DNA from: Yuukianura sp. NJ FZ-2021 | Taxonomy: Eukaryota | NCBI GenBank assembly: GCA_046563655.1 | Contig: CM102286.1 | Location: 11,656,001 to 11,720,000, forward strand | DNA length: 64,000 nt | Reading direction: 5' to 3' | Shown: piece after piece, positions 1 to 17,928 of the stretch | How positions within the stretch are numbered: position 1 is the first letter of the stretch | Layout: every line of letters starts with the position of its first letter | The notes under the pieces: model-generated | What the model was told of the DNA's origin: nothing | Databases searched by the model: none | What the model saw: the letters and a program-made list of their open reading frames with translations, nothing else | Position numbers and translations under genes: made by a program

Positions 1-3000
1 TTCTTAGCCACTTCCCGATTCGTTTCTCCGAATATGAGTTTGGAATTCAGTAATTCTTCATACTGCCCTAGCCTTGCCATTGTGGCTAAATACGGCTGAA
101 CCGAAGTGTTTTTATTACCGGTCAAATCTTGAATCTTCATCTCCAACGCTGCCCTTAGCAAATGGACAAAGTCCAAATTTTCTGTACTGATTTCAGTGAC
201 GAACAGTACCAGCAAGTTAGGATCTTCCACATCACTTGACATGCATTGCGCAGCTTCAGTCAATGATAAATTGGCGTTACTGTCAGCAGCAACGGATTTG
301 AGTTCGGCCACCAGAATATTTGCGTCAATGCGATGTCTCCGCATTGAAGCTAAAATTTTGGTAAAGGACCTCTCCTTTTCGTGCCTTAGCATGATTTTTA
401 TAGACATTAGAAGCAATGGACGAGGGTGAATCGTTTCTATATTTCCTCTTGGCAGCACTTCAACGACTACTGTTGGATCATTCACTCGATTAAAGCAGCA
501 AGTTAGTATCATAGAACCTTTCTCCACTTTTCTTGAGTAGCGCTCCATTTGTTCCGGAGTATAACTAACAGCGAAGCCTTTCTCCAATTCGGAAACATGA
601 ATTATTTGTAGAATTCCTTGCACTGTTGTGTACAAGAGATTGTCGTGGAATGTAGTCATCGAGGCACAATCTGTGGCTACTTTACACGTCCTGCTTCGCC
701 AATACACCTCCAACAGTCCTGTCCTTGTGTCGTGAAGCACGAGCATAATGGAGTTATGAATATCGTTGTCTCCAGTGAATGAACCGGTGAATAGGCACTT
801 CACGTCTCTGTAAGGAGTATTTGCTGTGACCAGTGTCGTGGGGTGATATTTTGATGAGGATGCATTTTTCAAATCCAAGAGGCTGAGTTCATTCTCAGAT
901 AGAAGCAGAAGATGATCAGATTGAACATAACTTGGTCCCGTTACTGCCATAGTAGCCAGACAGGCAAATGGAACAATGAGTGTCGGGGCAAGTAGTATTG
1001 CAGTGGCGGTGTCACTATCAAGTAGGAATTCCTTTTCTCCACAACCTTCCGGAACTTCGTATGTAATAATTTCTCTTCCATTAATACAACAAATTGTTCT
1101 GGAATTTGGCCATGTCCAATTATACGCCGATTCAACTTCGGGAGTTTTTGGAACCACCATTCGTTTTACAATCTTCAGTTGGTTTTCAATGTAATGTACT
1201 TGCAAGATGCTTCCGTTTAGTAAAACACATAAAAATCCGTTCCAAAAACTGCTAAGTACAACCTCTTGAACACGACTTTCAAGTGACACCTATAGCATGG
1301 AAATAGGATTAGCTCATCGGTTTAATATAAGTGATTATTAACGGGTATAAGTATTATAAATCAATAACTCAAGGTTGGATTGCTCAATTGGTGTTGGCAG
1401 ATACAGACCATTGACATTGATCATTACCTGGACGTATCCATATGGTGGTGGGGCGGATGTAACGGAGAACGGAGTACAGTACACATTGCATCCATTAATA
1501 GAGACTGATAATGAAGAAATTGACCAGCTCCCCGATGAGAAACTAAGCTGGCAATCATGAACCGAGTAATGCCCGCTCTTGAATATGGTGTAAAGTCTGT
1601 GGGGTACAAACGATATGGCTTTAAGAATGGAATAGATAATCATTACCAAAAAGTACCAATTTCGACATGAAAATAAGACATTGATGAATATTAAAAATTA
1701 CCTGTATACATTCCTTTCATCCCAACAAGTGTACTTAATTTCTTCATCGGTATCGGATGAGACTTGTCGCCGTATCGTGTATTTACACATCCACAAGTAA
1801 TTCGATCGATGCCAAAGTTCCACAGCATTCTGTAGTGTTACTGCCAATATTTCGGAGGATGGATTCCAACATAAATCCTTGACAGTACTACGGTACCCGG
1901 AGTCGACAGTAGCATCTACTTTAGGATTGAATGCCGACCTTCTCATCATGTTTAGTTCCAAGAAAATGATTAGGTCGTCGTCGGTTTCAATTTTAGCTTT
2001 TTCTGAAATAATGCGAACTTTTTGTGAGTTTGCTGCACAAATATGAAGGCGGGCAAAAAAGTGCTTGGTAAGTTCGACGCTTCGCAGAAAGAAGCGAGTT
2101 TTAGGGCAGAAAAGCCTTATAAAAACAAAGTACTACCTAGTACATACCTATGGTTGCAATGAGCCCGCCAGTAGGCATCCAAGTTAATATGTCGCTATGC
2201 AGAACCAACGATTCATCGGTAGACGCGTGCAAAGTCCCTTGCTCATCATAAACAGTTAGCCTTCTACCTTAAAAACAAAACAGAATTTAAGTTTTCTTTT
2301 TCTATAAAGCAGTAGCTGTAGGTTAGCAGTAGTTGTAGCAAAGGAAAGAAGGAAGCAGAGGGATTATAGTAAAAATGAGCGCATGGGTCCCGAGTCTCTG
2401 ATGTTGAGTGAAGATGAGCTTGACATTGATTTCCCAAGGACGGCTAATAGGCCAAACCATGATATTTACCTTTCATGTCGTTCGGAGTATTGACAACGAA
2501 GTAGCGGCTATCATGTCTCCAGCATATCCTTGACGGCGTCATATCTAACCCAACTTCTTTTGGATCAAACAATTCCTTTTTCAGCAAGACTTCAAACGTA
2601 GTTAGGGAGAAAAGAGTAAGGTTTCCAGTGCACGAAATAATAGCAACAAAAGAGCAATCCGGAGAGACAGCGAATGTAATCATTCCGGAAGTGGATTGGA
2701 AGACTTCTTCCATCTTGAAAATTAAAAAAAGAAGTCAAATCAAGGTTTGTTCAGCCATTTCTTATCTAGGATTGTGCGTAAGAGCTCGGGGCTTGGAAAA
2801 GTGAAACTGCTTGGAATGAAACTTGAAGTAGTAGATATACTTACGCCACCAGTATCCTGTTGGTATTGTAAAAACTCGCCGCGCGTTGTCCCCATATAAA
2901 GACGAGTTACGCTGCTAATAAACTGCATATGACATACGTCCCGCAAGTTGTCACCTACAACTAACTCTTGAGACTCCAAGGTGGATAGCTTGAATTTCAT

Positions 3001-3171
3001 GAGCCTCCCGAATGTTGGTAGAAAGTTTTCGGGAGTATCTCCATTGGCTAAGCATTCATCTTCACCGCTCACGTGAAATATACCATCGTCTCCGATACAA
3101 AACTTCGAGGAATCCGCAAAAATCGATGCTGTGTCCGAAAAATATTTCCCACAAATCCGCAAATTCCTCAT
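1..3171 (-). CDS. ELP1: Elongator complex protein 1 (Elp1/IKAP), N-terminal part; truncated by the left window edge
   Basis: Exons with GT-AG junctions and matching phases: 3171-2845, 2713-2470, 2267-2148, 2002-1702, 1596-1428, 1289-<1. The last exon appears open to the edge, which is why the ORF track misses it. Elp1/IKI3 motifs: MRNL start, SPD, ICWRHDSRYFVV, LTWMPTGGLIA, IIFLELN, LCWNPSSEILAV, SNYLWMCK, PPP, and RKVEKGS...VLPRGNIETIHPR...MRRHRIDAN. Confidence 0.93.
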
Positions 3172-3182
3172 ATTACTGATTC

Positions 3183-7476
<4,294 letters not shown>

Positions 7477-8932
7477 TCAACCCGGGGTCGCTTTAGGTGC
7501 AAATCCTGCAGCGACATGCCAACATCCAGCACATGCAAGTGCCAAGTGCGCTTATACAAAGTTTACAAATCAGAAGTGCCTTACTGTATATCCTAAGACA
7601 AACATTATCTCACCTTTAGTTGCTTCCTAATATTGATTCCTACGGTTTTCAGAATCTCTTTCCTTTTTTGTCAACGAACCGAATCTCTCAACCTTTCCAA
7701 CTTGTTTTTTAAGTAACTTTTTAAATAGTGTTTTTTTTTTATGTTTATAACAATAATTAATTCGTAACTGTCATTTTTTGTACTGGACTTAAGTGTTACT
7801 TACTGTGACTTTGTGGCAATTTTACATTAAAAAATTTTTCAGCAATGTTCGTGGTATTGAAGGTCTTTGGTATGTGATTACTTATTAGCAAGAAATAGCG
7901 TCACGGGAGTTTGCAAAAATACGCACACCACTACAATGTCTTTCGATTTTACAAACCGAAATACACGTTACAGTTAGACACTCAAAAAAATTTGAAACCA
8001 AATAATATTTCGAAGATTAAGTTTTGGTTTTTTTTTTTGAAAATAGCAACGTCATTTCAAATTTTAAAAAGTTTAAAGGCCAATATTTTTTTTAAAATTA
8101 GTATCAGAATCTGTTTCTAGCTTCTCCATTAAACCGCCGTTGAATCGCAATCGCCGTTCATTCATCCAACGTGAAAAAATTAGTGTTCTACACGTCAATC
8201 CAAGCCACAACCAAAAAAATCCAAGTCAAGGAGATAAGCATTCCATCCGAATTTTACGAAATTTGGACAGTTAAATAGGTATATTTTAAATTTTAAATTT
8301 TTTACTTCCAAAAAAATTATTGTCAAAAGTAATGCTAAAATTCCCTACGGCTAAAAAAAATGTTTTCTAAAACCGGCGTTAGTGAACCCCCTTAAGAAGT
8401 CTTTGAAAATTTGTCTTCACTTTTATAAAAATTCGAAAATGCAAAACTAAAGTGAAATGCTCAAAATAAAAACTAAAACGTTAACAAATTCTCAAAATTG
8501 ATTTATAAAATTGATTAGAAATGGACCACAGACCAATTGTGAATGGAAATAAATTCACTGTGAGATTATGAATAACTTGAGTTTAATTTACCGATCATTC
8601 ATCCGCTTTTCGTGTTGTAATTTTGGTAAATGTTCATTAAATTTATAATTTATACGCATTCAATTTGAGTATAACTTTTAAATTTATAACTTAGAAGTTA
8701 ATTTAAAGCTTCAGTTAGAATAGTTCTTTTCCTGACAATTAAGTAATTAGCTTTTTTGCCCCTAAACTTAATACTTAACGGTAAAAAATTGAAATCAGTC
8801 TCACGTAATAAGATATATTAATATTAGTAAATTAGAGGGCAAGTATCTTATGGGTAAAACCATCGATTGGCCGTTGGATTGACGAAAGTCAGTTAACGTT
8901 ACAAGTAAAACGGAATTTGTTTTGACGCCAAC

Positions 8933-9795
8933 CAGAGGTGGTAGCCTGCAACTATTTTCCCCAACCTGCCCCGCCTGCACTGCAGGAATTTTTAGCCTGC
9001 ACGCCTGCAGCCTGCAAAATTATCGAAAATCGGCAGCCTGCACGCCTGCACCTGCAAGGCTTTTCGGCAGGCCAGCCTGCAGCCTGCGCAGGCTGCCTGC
9101 AGTTAGCCTGCAATTTTTTTTATACGAACTGTAATCTACGAAAATTTTAATATACACTTACAACCACTGCGTAAATTCGTTTGCGTATAATGGCAATTAC
9201 TCAATCACCCTCGATTATCTGTCGGTTGTCCTTTCCAAACACGTAGGGAGAAAAATTCCTACCTAGTAATATATTGTTTTACGACACTGCTACCTTACTT
9301 TTGGTTTGTTTAACTTTTAAAAATTCTGGATCCTTGCACATAAAAAAATCCTCAAAAGTTATACTGTCAAATCTTGCGTTGCCTACACTGGCAAGTGTAA
9401 CGCCAACTTTACTTAACCATATTTCTGCCTCCGGATTCATTATTTATTGTTTAAAGGCCCTATAGTGCAACTAATGTGCAGCAAAAAGTTTGCATTAGTT
9501 CCATTGACTTTAATTCTTCAACATTCCAAAGTAATTTTTCTATTCGTTTCTGTCTTTTCTTGAAGTTTCTGAGAATAAACTCTCAAAAAATCACAACCCG
9601 CAGCCTGCAGGCGAAATGCAGGCTCCTGCAGGCGCCTGCAGAGCATTGCAGTCCGAACCCGCCCGCCTGCAACATTTCCAAATAAAAACCTGCACGCCTG
9701 CAGCCTGCAAAAATCCACCGCAGGTTGAGCCCGCCTGCACGTGCTGCAGGTTGGCCTGCAACCTGCGCAGGTTTACCTGCGGGCTACCACCTCTG
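8933..9795. mobile_element. Non-autonomous hAT-type MITE with (GCCTGCA) subterminal repeats
   Basis: 14-bp TIR CAGAGGTGGTAGCC / GGCTACCACCTCTG. Perfect 8-bp TSD ACGCCAAC at 8925-8932 and 9796-9803. Dense GCCTGCA/TGCAGG repeats at both ends. Confidence 0.92.
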
Positions 9796-10343
9796 ACGCC
9801 AACCGATTATGTTCGTTCCTAACCTAACAAAACGGATTGGATTGCCTTGTAACTTTTATAGGAAAAAAAAATTAAACGAATAGAAAACTATAAACCAAAA
9901 ATAATAAAAAAGAAACAACAAATATTAGAATGAGCTGCACGTTTTAATTGAATTCTATCTCACTGGTAAATAAACTGAGATGAGTAACAAAAACAAAAAT
10001 GGTAATGAACGTTTCCATTATAGAAAATGAGTTATGACAAAATAAAAATTAACACTTAGCCAAACAAAGTGTAAATGTTGTAAAAAGTTAACGTTCAGAA
10101 TCCTTCCACAATTGCCGAATAAGTATTATGTCCTGAGGTGTGTAGGTGACCAAGAGTTGACTCCATTTTTGCCTTCCGGAGTCTTAAAATCTCCAATCAC
10201 CCGAGAAGGAGTCCGTTAAATGTAAGTTTTCCCACTAAATTAAGATTTACAGCAGTTGTACACAGTTTGTCTTCAAATATACATGCGTCGCGTCAGCTAT
10301 ATCGACCATCCTAATTCAAATAATTTAGTTCTTAGGAGACAGA

Positions 10344-13300
10344 CTAGGAGGGATGATGCCTTGCTCCACACAGACCGCATTTCCTTGCCAAGTAGTGACA
10401 ACCTTTAGGAATTAAATAGGAAACAAAACATGAGTCAATTGTTTCTCATAAGATTCAATTATGAAACTGACAGTTGAGGTCACAATGTGGGTCAATTACC
10501 TATCAGCGGAGGGTAGAGACATAGGCAGGGTAAGATGAGAGACAGGAGACCAATTGCCAACCAACGGCGCTTACAACGGTGATGCCTTAAAGCACAAGGA
10601 TGTGGTGGAACGTCTCCTTCTGAACCAGAAACGCAGTGATATAACATCCCCCGCGCACAGTTCATACAGGAGATCGCATCAATCCCTCTCCGTACAGGAT
10701 CTGGTCCAGTCTCACATGAAGCACGGGGATTTGAGTCTTCACTGTACACCTCATGGCAATCTCTACATCTCCGCCGTTTTCCACATATCCTACAAAATTA
10801 AACAAAATTCTGTTTAAAAAATGTTCAACTTTTCATTAATCGAAGCCCGAAATGAGTTTCAGGAAGATCTCCAATATCCACACTAGGATAGTTTGCGTTA
10901 TAAAAAAAATTATAGAAATTATAGCAAGTATAGAATTTATGGCTGGCAGTAACGTCACTTTTCAAAGTTTGGTTACAACTACTTTTTAAAGGTCAAGGTC
11001 TATAATTTCAATTTCATAAAAGTTGGAGAGTGACGTCACAAATTTAAAATCGACCAATCACACGAGCCCTTACAAAACTTGTGGCAGACGAAATTGCAGG
11101 CAGGTCAAAAGTGGCGGGACTTCATAAAATTCAGCACTTTTCATAATTTCTACAACTCGTTTTATAACGCAAACTCCGTATTCACTTGATATATTGAAAT
11201 TCTAAGAATGTGCTCCTTCACCTTTGTTTTTTAACATTGGTTCCAGTAGTTTTAGTTGGCAGGAGAGGTGGAGCAGGTAAGTTGAGTGGGTCCAACGTCA
11301 GTGGCATTTTAGGTTGAGAAGTTACAGAGGTACTATTGGACATAATGGATGTGGATCTACTGCCTTTGCTCAGTGGATCCGAAACAATTGGGTAGTGGTA
11401 ATCATGGGCTCCACGTTGGAATTGTACATAGGATGAGTACGTTTCTTCATTAATATCTTTCTCCGAGTACAATTTGTCTCTAGTCTCTAATTGTTTGTCA
11501 GGACAACTACTGCATCCACCGTCACCGTCCCGGGCACCATTTAAAGGTTTAGACGAAAAGTACATTCGATGAAGGTGGGCATGAGGGGGATATTGTTGTG
11601 AACAGGTTACACTTGCACGACTTGATGCTGATGAGGACGAGTCACGTTCCACTGGCAACTCCAGAGCCTACATAGGATCAAATGTCAAAAAAACATTGTC
11701 AGTACTGTTCTAGACCAGAACAGGAAGTGTAAATTACTGCAAGACTGCAAAAAGTATTCACTTGCCATAAAGACGTCGTCGTCCCCTGTATCTACCGTGT
11801 ATTTATGTAGCGGAGAAGATTCGGATAGACCTGCAACAAAATAAAAAAAAAATTCTCAAATTAGAAACCATACATGTAAAAAAAATCCACCGGATTTCCC
11901 ACCAAATTTCGACGCATTTCAAGGACTCGAACTCTCTCAAGTGAAGCAAAGTTTATAAAAACAAAGTTTACATTTCCTTTTTTCAAAAATTGGCACTCGA
12001 AGAAGAATATGCTACGGAAGAGGTAGAATACCTAATGATCTTTGGCACAGAATAGTCCGGAACTAAGATGACGTCATTGAAATCTACTGCTAAGAAGAAA
12101 GATGAGACATTCTGTCTTTCTACGGAATCATTCAATTGTAAACGAATAGGAGCACATTCTAATATTCGTCCTCTTGCTCACCAGCCAGAAGTAACGTTAG
12201 CTCCATTCCAAATTGATTTCAAGTTACAGTAAAGCCTCACATTGGGCAACACTTTCATCTGACGTCCCTGTAACGCAACCTCAATTATTTTTGGGAAATT
12301 TTTTCCAATTGGAAACAAACCAAGATTACGCAAAATTGAATCGGTGATTTTACTTTAGCTTCAGTTTGCGACAAAACTTTTAGCAGATTTAGCCATCCCG
12401 TAACTACTGAAGATTTTCAATGTTTCGGAGTGAGGGTTTTTACTGTACTAAAGGAACTACCTCACCCTAATTATTTTGACGTTGTTAAGGATTCAGAAAT
12501 TGGCGCGCTAAACTACATCTCATAAGAACCTCCCAGAAATGATGACGTACAGGCTTGGAATTGAAAACGAACAAAAAGGTCTTGCAATTCACAAAAAGAT
12601 TAAGATTACCAAACAGAACAAGCAAGTAGTGTAAGCTTTACGATATTGCACAATAGTACCGCTAGCACTATGTAGTAAAAGTTTACTTTCAAAAAATTTT
12701 TTTTATTTCAGAAAGTCCAATCCTGTCAATTCAACCAAGCGTCACGTATTTTCTAACTTTTTAGCAATGCGAATACGCCACCAAAAGCTAATCCCAGTCA
12801 AGCCGTGTTTTCAGGGCTAGAGATTTGTTATGTTTTCAAAGTTTCCATAAGGGACTAATTATTTTTTTTTAAATAACTTTTTTTTCCTAAATAACTTTAC
12901 ACTTTTAGTAAAAGTGTAGTGACTTTACAACACTTTACTTTTTTGTGCTTAAAATAGTTTGGTTCTGTGCTCCCTGATTTTTATTACCGTACAACCTCAA
13001 GTTGTCAGAACATGAATCATCCCTGACTTTTTTCCACTGAAAACCGTATTTCTGTTTTGTGTCAGTCAGGTATAGGAGTCAAATTAAATTGCACGAAATG
13101 ACATGACACTCCGCCTCAATTGTTTCTTTTTTTCAAAATCGTGCTGGTAAACTTCTATTTCGTACAGCTTCTATTTTCACGCGTATCCTAAATAGTCATC
13201 ATTATTCACCGCATTTCCCGAGAAGTAAAAAGTACAGGGCCCATTTTTTATCAATTTCCAACAGAGACTAGCCATACCACAGTAGTAGTTAAGTACGACA

Positions 13301-16300
13301 CTTTACAAAACCTTAGTTTCGGATGGACTAGTACATCAAATTTTTTATATACTGTCTGCCCGTCATCAAATCTGCCCAAAGTCTCCAACTCCAAAAACAC
13401 CTAACCTAACACAGACCATAATGGAGACAGGGAAGACAACAAAGGAGTCTCAAAATGGAAGAACAATGATGATACGAAAATATCCGGGACTTGCCAGCCA
13501 CCATCTCCAAATTTCCCTGCACGCAAAGCACATAAGTGAGCACTGAACTCCAAGGACTTTATCATCTCCAAACCTATTGGGCACTGAACTGGCAAAACAA
13601 AAAAAAACTGGTTAGAATACTACCCTGTTAATACTATGGTCTGCTCTTTTTCGTTTGCTTAAAAGTTTCGAGTCAAAGGCACTTCGTCGTGCGTAACACC
13701 AACACGTCGTTAACTTGCTTACGAAGATACAAACATGGAACGGGAACCCAATCTCTGAGACCAATCCCTTAAAGGTAAAAAGTACCTCAGCAGCATCTCT
13801 CTCTCAAAAGTACCTCAATCTTCTTTAAGACTTTACAATAGCAACAAAAAAAATCTTTGTCCGGCCGTCCATATCTGTCCTTAAGTTTTCGAAAGATAAC
13901 TTAAGTCCATAAAGTGAAGCTGCAGCCAAGAACACTGGATTCCTCGACTCTTATGGACGGTCAAGTATGGACCAAAATTTGACAATTCTTATGGAAGGCC
14001 ACGTAATGCCTATTACAAATGAGCATCTACATAACCAAACCTTAACAATATCCGAAGATCACCGTCCATGACCATAAGTGATCATCTACCTCATCTAAGC
14101 CATCGTCAACCACAATCAGTGAACGTCCATAAGTGTCTGTACATAGGTGACCGTCCATAAGTGTCTGTACATAGGTGACCGTCCATAAGTGTCTGGTTAC
14201 GGAGAACTGACAATAATGTCCAAGGATCAATGTCTTCTCAAGCACTAAAAACGTATAACACGTGTTATTAGTATTAGAAAGTCCACTCCCTGGAAAAAAA
14301 CACTAGTCACAAAAACATATTCATCAAAAATTCAACCAAAACGCAATTTAAACTTTTTATTTTAAAATTAAGAAAAAATAAAAATTATAAAAAAATTTTT
14401 TTTTTAAACCTCAAACTAAAAAACCACGAAACTTTTCCTTAAACCTTAATTCAAAATCGCTAGAAAGAGATTCAGGAAATCATAGGAATCGAAATTCCCT
14501 CATCATTTCCTCGTCTATCTTTCATCCCTTATGAAATGACCAGGATTCGCTCGCATCGGACCCGCAATTTGAAAAATGAGAAATAAAACTTGTCAAATTC
14601 CAAAAACTCTTATTACTTTTCTTTTCAAAAACCGAAAAACCTTGAACATCAACTTCTGAGGAAAAACTATTTGAACAGTCACGCATGTACTACTTACATT
14701 TATGACACAAGGGAAGTTTAGAAGAACAATACACAATGGAAAAAGAGGACCTCTCACCCACAGATTCTTACACATTTTCACAAAAGACCGGGAACCTATG
14801 CCTTCTTGTCATTAGGATTTTGTTCCTTTTCCATTTTCAAAAATTTCTTCACATTCACACTCAAAACTTTACTGCCACCGAAAATTCCCAAACACAAAAA
14901 GCTCAACATACTGCATATATGCAGAGCTTGGTTTCCTTTTCCACCAACGTTTTTGGCGTCATAAACTGAATTTTGGAAATAATTGAAACCTTGCCTTCAA
15001 AACAGAAACAGAGGAGACTCTGGATGGAAATCCTTGACATTTTCATTTGACATCTTCAAATTACTGCCCTTTCATCTTCCCCCACCATTTTCCTACTTTT
15101 TTCAAAATCTCCCTCACTCCCTTTACATTCTGTTCTGTCTATGTCTGACATATTCCGCTTTCTACATAAACCTTCTTTTTCACCCAAGTCGTGTCATGGC
15201 TCAAGTCATTCCAAACCTTTAGTTTTAAAAGCCCTCACAATGGTAAAACATCAAAAGAAATCGCGGATGACGAAATACGTAATCACTCTTAACTTACCGT
15301 GAAGGTTCGATGTGATCCAAGTTTAGGAAAAGAAAGCATTAAAAAAGAAATCCACGTCAATTTCAGATTCAATTACTCAAAATTTATCAACTTTTTGTAA
15401 TAATGTAACTCATCGCAAAACTTAAAATTTCAAAGTTTTTAAAAAATTAAACTTTTTAAATTAGTTGAAATAAAACATACTAACTTTTTAAACGTTTTTA
15501 CCACTCAAAATGAAAAGTGACATCGACTTACGAAAATCAAGAATATAAATAATACACAGAAGGAAAGATTTCCTCACTCCCTAAATTGTTTTCGTTTACA
15601 GCCTATCCGTAATTTTTAGTTTTCGTTTACAACCAATAGCTGGCAAGGGATTCGGAGAGCGGAACGACATCCTCAATGATTCATTCAGAATTCAATTAGA
15701 TCTGTGATCAATGAATACACACAAAATTATGCAAGTTGTTTCGTACCATCTAATAGCTCTTCTACCGCCATACGGACTCCTTTATCAAATGCTCTCGCAT
15801 CAGCTGCCGTCTGAAACGTCAGTCCAAACTTTTTGTTTCCAGTCACCCAATGATGAAATGTCGGCATCACTTTGTTGTATTCAAAGTCCCGCTTGATCGT
15901 GCAGCTAAGCACCACCTACAAAAACAAAAACCCAATCAACACACAAATCAAAATCAGTGTCCGTATCAAATTTAGTCAATGAATTAAAATTTACAACAAA
16001 AATCCAACTGTAATCCCAAAATCCATTGAATTTCAATCACTTTGTATAGCCCAAATTCCCGGAGAAAACTAACTCAACTAATCAACCAATCTCAACTAAC
16101 TCAACGAGTTGAGGTAAGCAAGCGTTTATCGTAAAAATCCAAATATACTTAAACCCAATTTGTCGTTAATCTTTACTAGAAAATCTTTACACGTCGGCCG
16201 TAAGCCTTGTCGGCGGAGTCAGTTTTTACCAGGGTTCGCTGAATCAAACATATATATACGAAACATACGTTTTAAACGTCGTTTTAAAAACGTAGAGGAA

Positions 16301-17928
16301 AAAGACGTTACGTCTTTTTCGTCTGTTTCACAAGGGCTAAATTTGAATATTTTTGACCGGTTTTAACTTTTTTGAAACAAAACGAAGAGTTTATTATAGA
16401 AGTTTGCTTGGTTTTACCTTTGAGCAGTGACTTCAGTATTCATGTGATAGGTGTATTGTAAGCTAAATTTGAATTTAAGCGTAGTTGAAACGAAAATACC
16501 TCGTAAAACGATTTAATATCAATATTGATTAAGACGGGAAAAAGACGGGCGTTTAAAACGAAAAAGACGTATGTTTCGTATTTTTCCCAAAAAGACGTTT
16601 TTTTTTTCGAACCCTGGTTTTTACCTTCCCTCTCCAGTCGACACATCAGCAGTTTCAGTTATTATTGTTTAAATATTATTAAATATTAAATATTAAGCCG
16701 CAAAATAATTATTGTTTAAATCACAACAAGGTCGACCAGATGAAGGTTAATTTGCGGTGAACGATAATTCCCATATGTCTAAATTTCGAATTAAGTCTGT
16801 TCAGAGTGACTCTACAATTAGAGCTCAGCATGAGCAATCAGCACAGAACACAAGTCAGTTTGTGAGTCTATACAGATGATACTTCCATTGCTCATCCCTC
16901 GTTAATAGCACTTCATTGATAAAAATTTCCCAGGCTATTCATTTTCTTTCGCCCCCGCCTCATCCGCGCGTAAGCAGATCGAAAAACCGCCTAGCCTAGC
17001 AAGCGCTTCTCTCAACTAAATTTTGTTTCTTCCTGTTCCCACACGCGCTGTAGTTAGATTTTAGTCAACCTATTTAGCACTTTAGTTAAGTTCCAAATAT
17101 CGCTCTGTTGGTGATGCCCACGTCATCGGCCACTCATTCAGAAAAAAAGTTGCATTGCCTTTGACGGCCTACGCTCTGGTAGACAGGGACGCAGAGACGA
17201 AATGTATTACAGCATCACCGGCCTCATTCAAGTGTTGATCTCCATTAAGAATCTCCGCCAATTACGTAATACAAACCGAATACAAAAATTGCGTTTAGGA
17301 AACGGAATTTTTGATGATGCAAAAGTTGTATGCGTCTCATGCGGTCGCACTGCCATGATGAGGTACATCAGAGTTGGCAAATTGACAATTTTCTAAAACC
17401 TAAATTGTACGTCAACTTTTTCCAATATAGTACCTAATAGGGAGTTTGCGTAGTAAATCATTTGCAGAATGTATAGAATTTGCGGTGAGGAGTTACGTCA
17501 CTTTTTAAACTTTTCCGATTTTCAAAATTTATAAACACGGTAGCATAAGTGGAAAAAAGTTTGGAAAGTGACGTCACTGATTTGAAATCGAACAATCACG
17601 GGAGCCATAACAAAACGGGTGGCAGGGATTGCGAAGAAGCCGAACTTGCTAAATTCTGTATACTTTTCATAAGTTCTATAAATGGTTTAAGACGCAAACT
17701 CCCTAATAAATACAAAAAATTTAAACATTTACTTACCGATTGATCGGAAATCATCTTCCCTTGGATTAAATACTCGTTCTTGTCCGGTATCCGCTTGCGT
17801 ACTGACACGATGGACAGGCCACCACCGCCCAAAGGAACCCAGCCACCACTGCTGTCGTCCCGTGTCATCACCTGAGCTCTCACTCGAACCAGGGACTGAC
17901 CACTGGAATTAGATAGTAACATTGCCAT
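10344..17928 (-). CDS. SPRED: Sprouty-related EVH1 domain-containing protein (about 406-408 aa)
   Basis: Exons 17902(or ATG 17928)-17737, 15915-15747, 11830-11766, 11667-11222, 10789-10500, 10402-10344 (TAG). EVH1: [25 protein letters not shown]...[11 protein letters not shown]...[20 protein letters not shown]. Linker DDDVFM|ALELPVE. Cys-rich Sprouty domain: [17 protein letters not shown]...CARGMLYHC...[11 protein letters not shown]...CGLCGARH. The N-terminal exon is uncertain. Confidence 0.95.
10885..11179. mobile_element. MITE (family shared with 17439-17704), degenerate copy, in SPRED intron
   Basis: Ends AGGATAGTTTGCGTTATAAA / TTTATAACGCAAACTCCGT, flanked by ACT and ATT. The interior is colinear with the second copy (tatagaattt, acgtcactttt, gtgacgtcac, aaatcga.caatcac). 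Confidence 0.75.
14119..14195 (+). repeat. 28-bp tandem repeat (about 2.75 copies), probably the end of a decayed TIR element
   Basis: GTGACCGTCCATAAGTGTCTGTACATAG units. An inverted copy of the core (CTTATGGACGGTCA) is at about 13950-13963. Confidence 0.8.
16230..16616. mobile_element. Non-autonomous hAT-type MITE in SPRED intron
   Basis: TIR CAGGGTTCG / CGAACCCTG. Perfect 8-bp TSD GTTTTTAC at 16222-16229 and 16617-16624. AAAAGACG/AAAACG subterminal repeats. Confidence 0.88.
17439..17704. mobile_element. MITE with 3-bp AAT TSD (PIF/Harbinger-related, Pangu-like)
   Basis: TIR AGGGAGTTTGCGT / ACGCAAACTCCCT, with AAT on both sides (17436-17438, 17705-17707). A second copy is at 10885-11179. 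Confidence 0.82.

Noticed and set aside
196..1560. Plus-strand ORFs at 196-429, 976-1194 and 1375-1560
   Set aside because: Antisense shadows of Elp1 exons.
8922..9822. ORFs rich in PAC/LQ/ACR (8922-9150, 9476-9822)
   Set aside because: They are translations of the GCCTGCA subterminal repeats of the hAT MITE.
14119..14195. 28-bp repeats as a possible CRISPR array
   Set aside because: The units are directly adjacent with no unique spacers, there are no cas genes, and the context is a eukaryotic intron.
14199..14210. ACGGAGAACTGA, a 12-nt match to miR-184
   Set aside because: The rest of the mature sequence mismatches and no precursor hairpin is evident.
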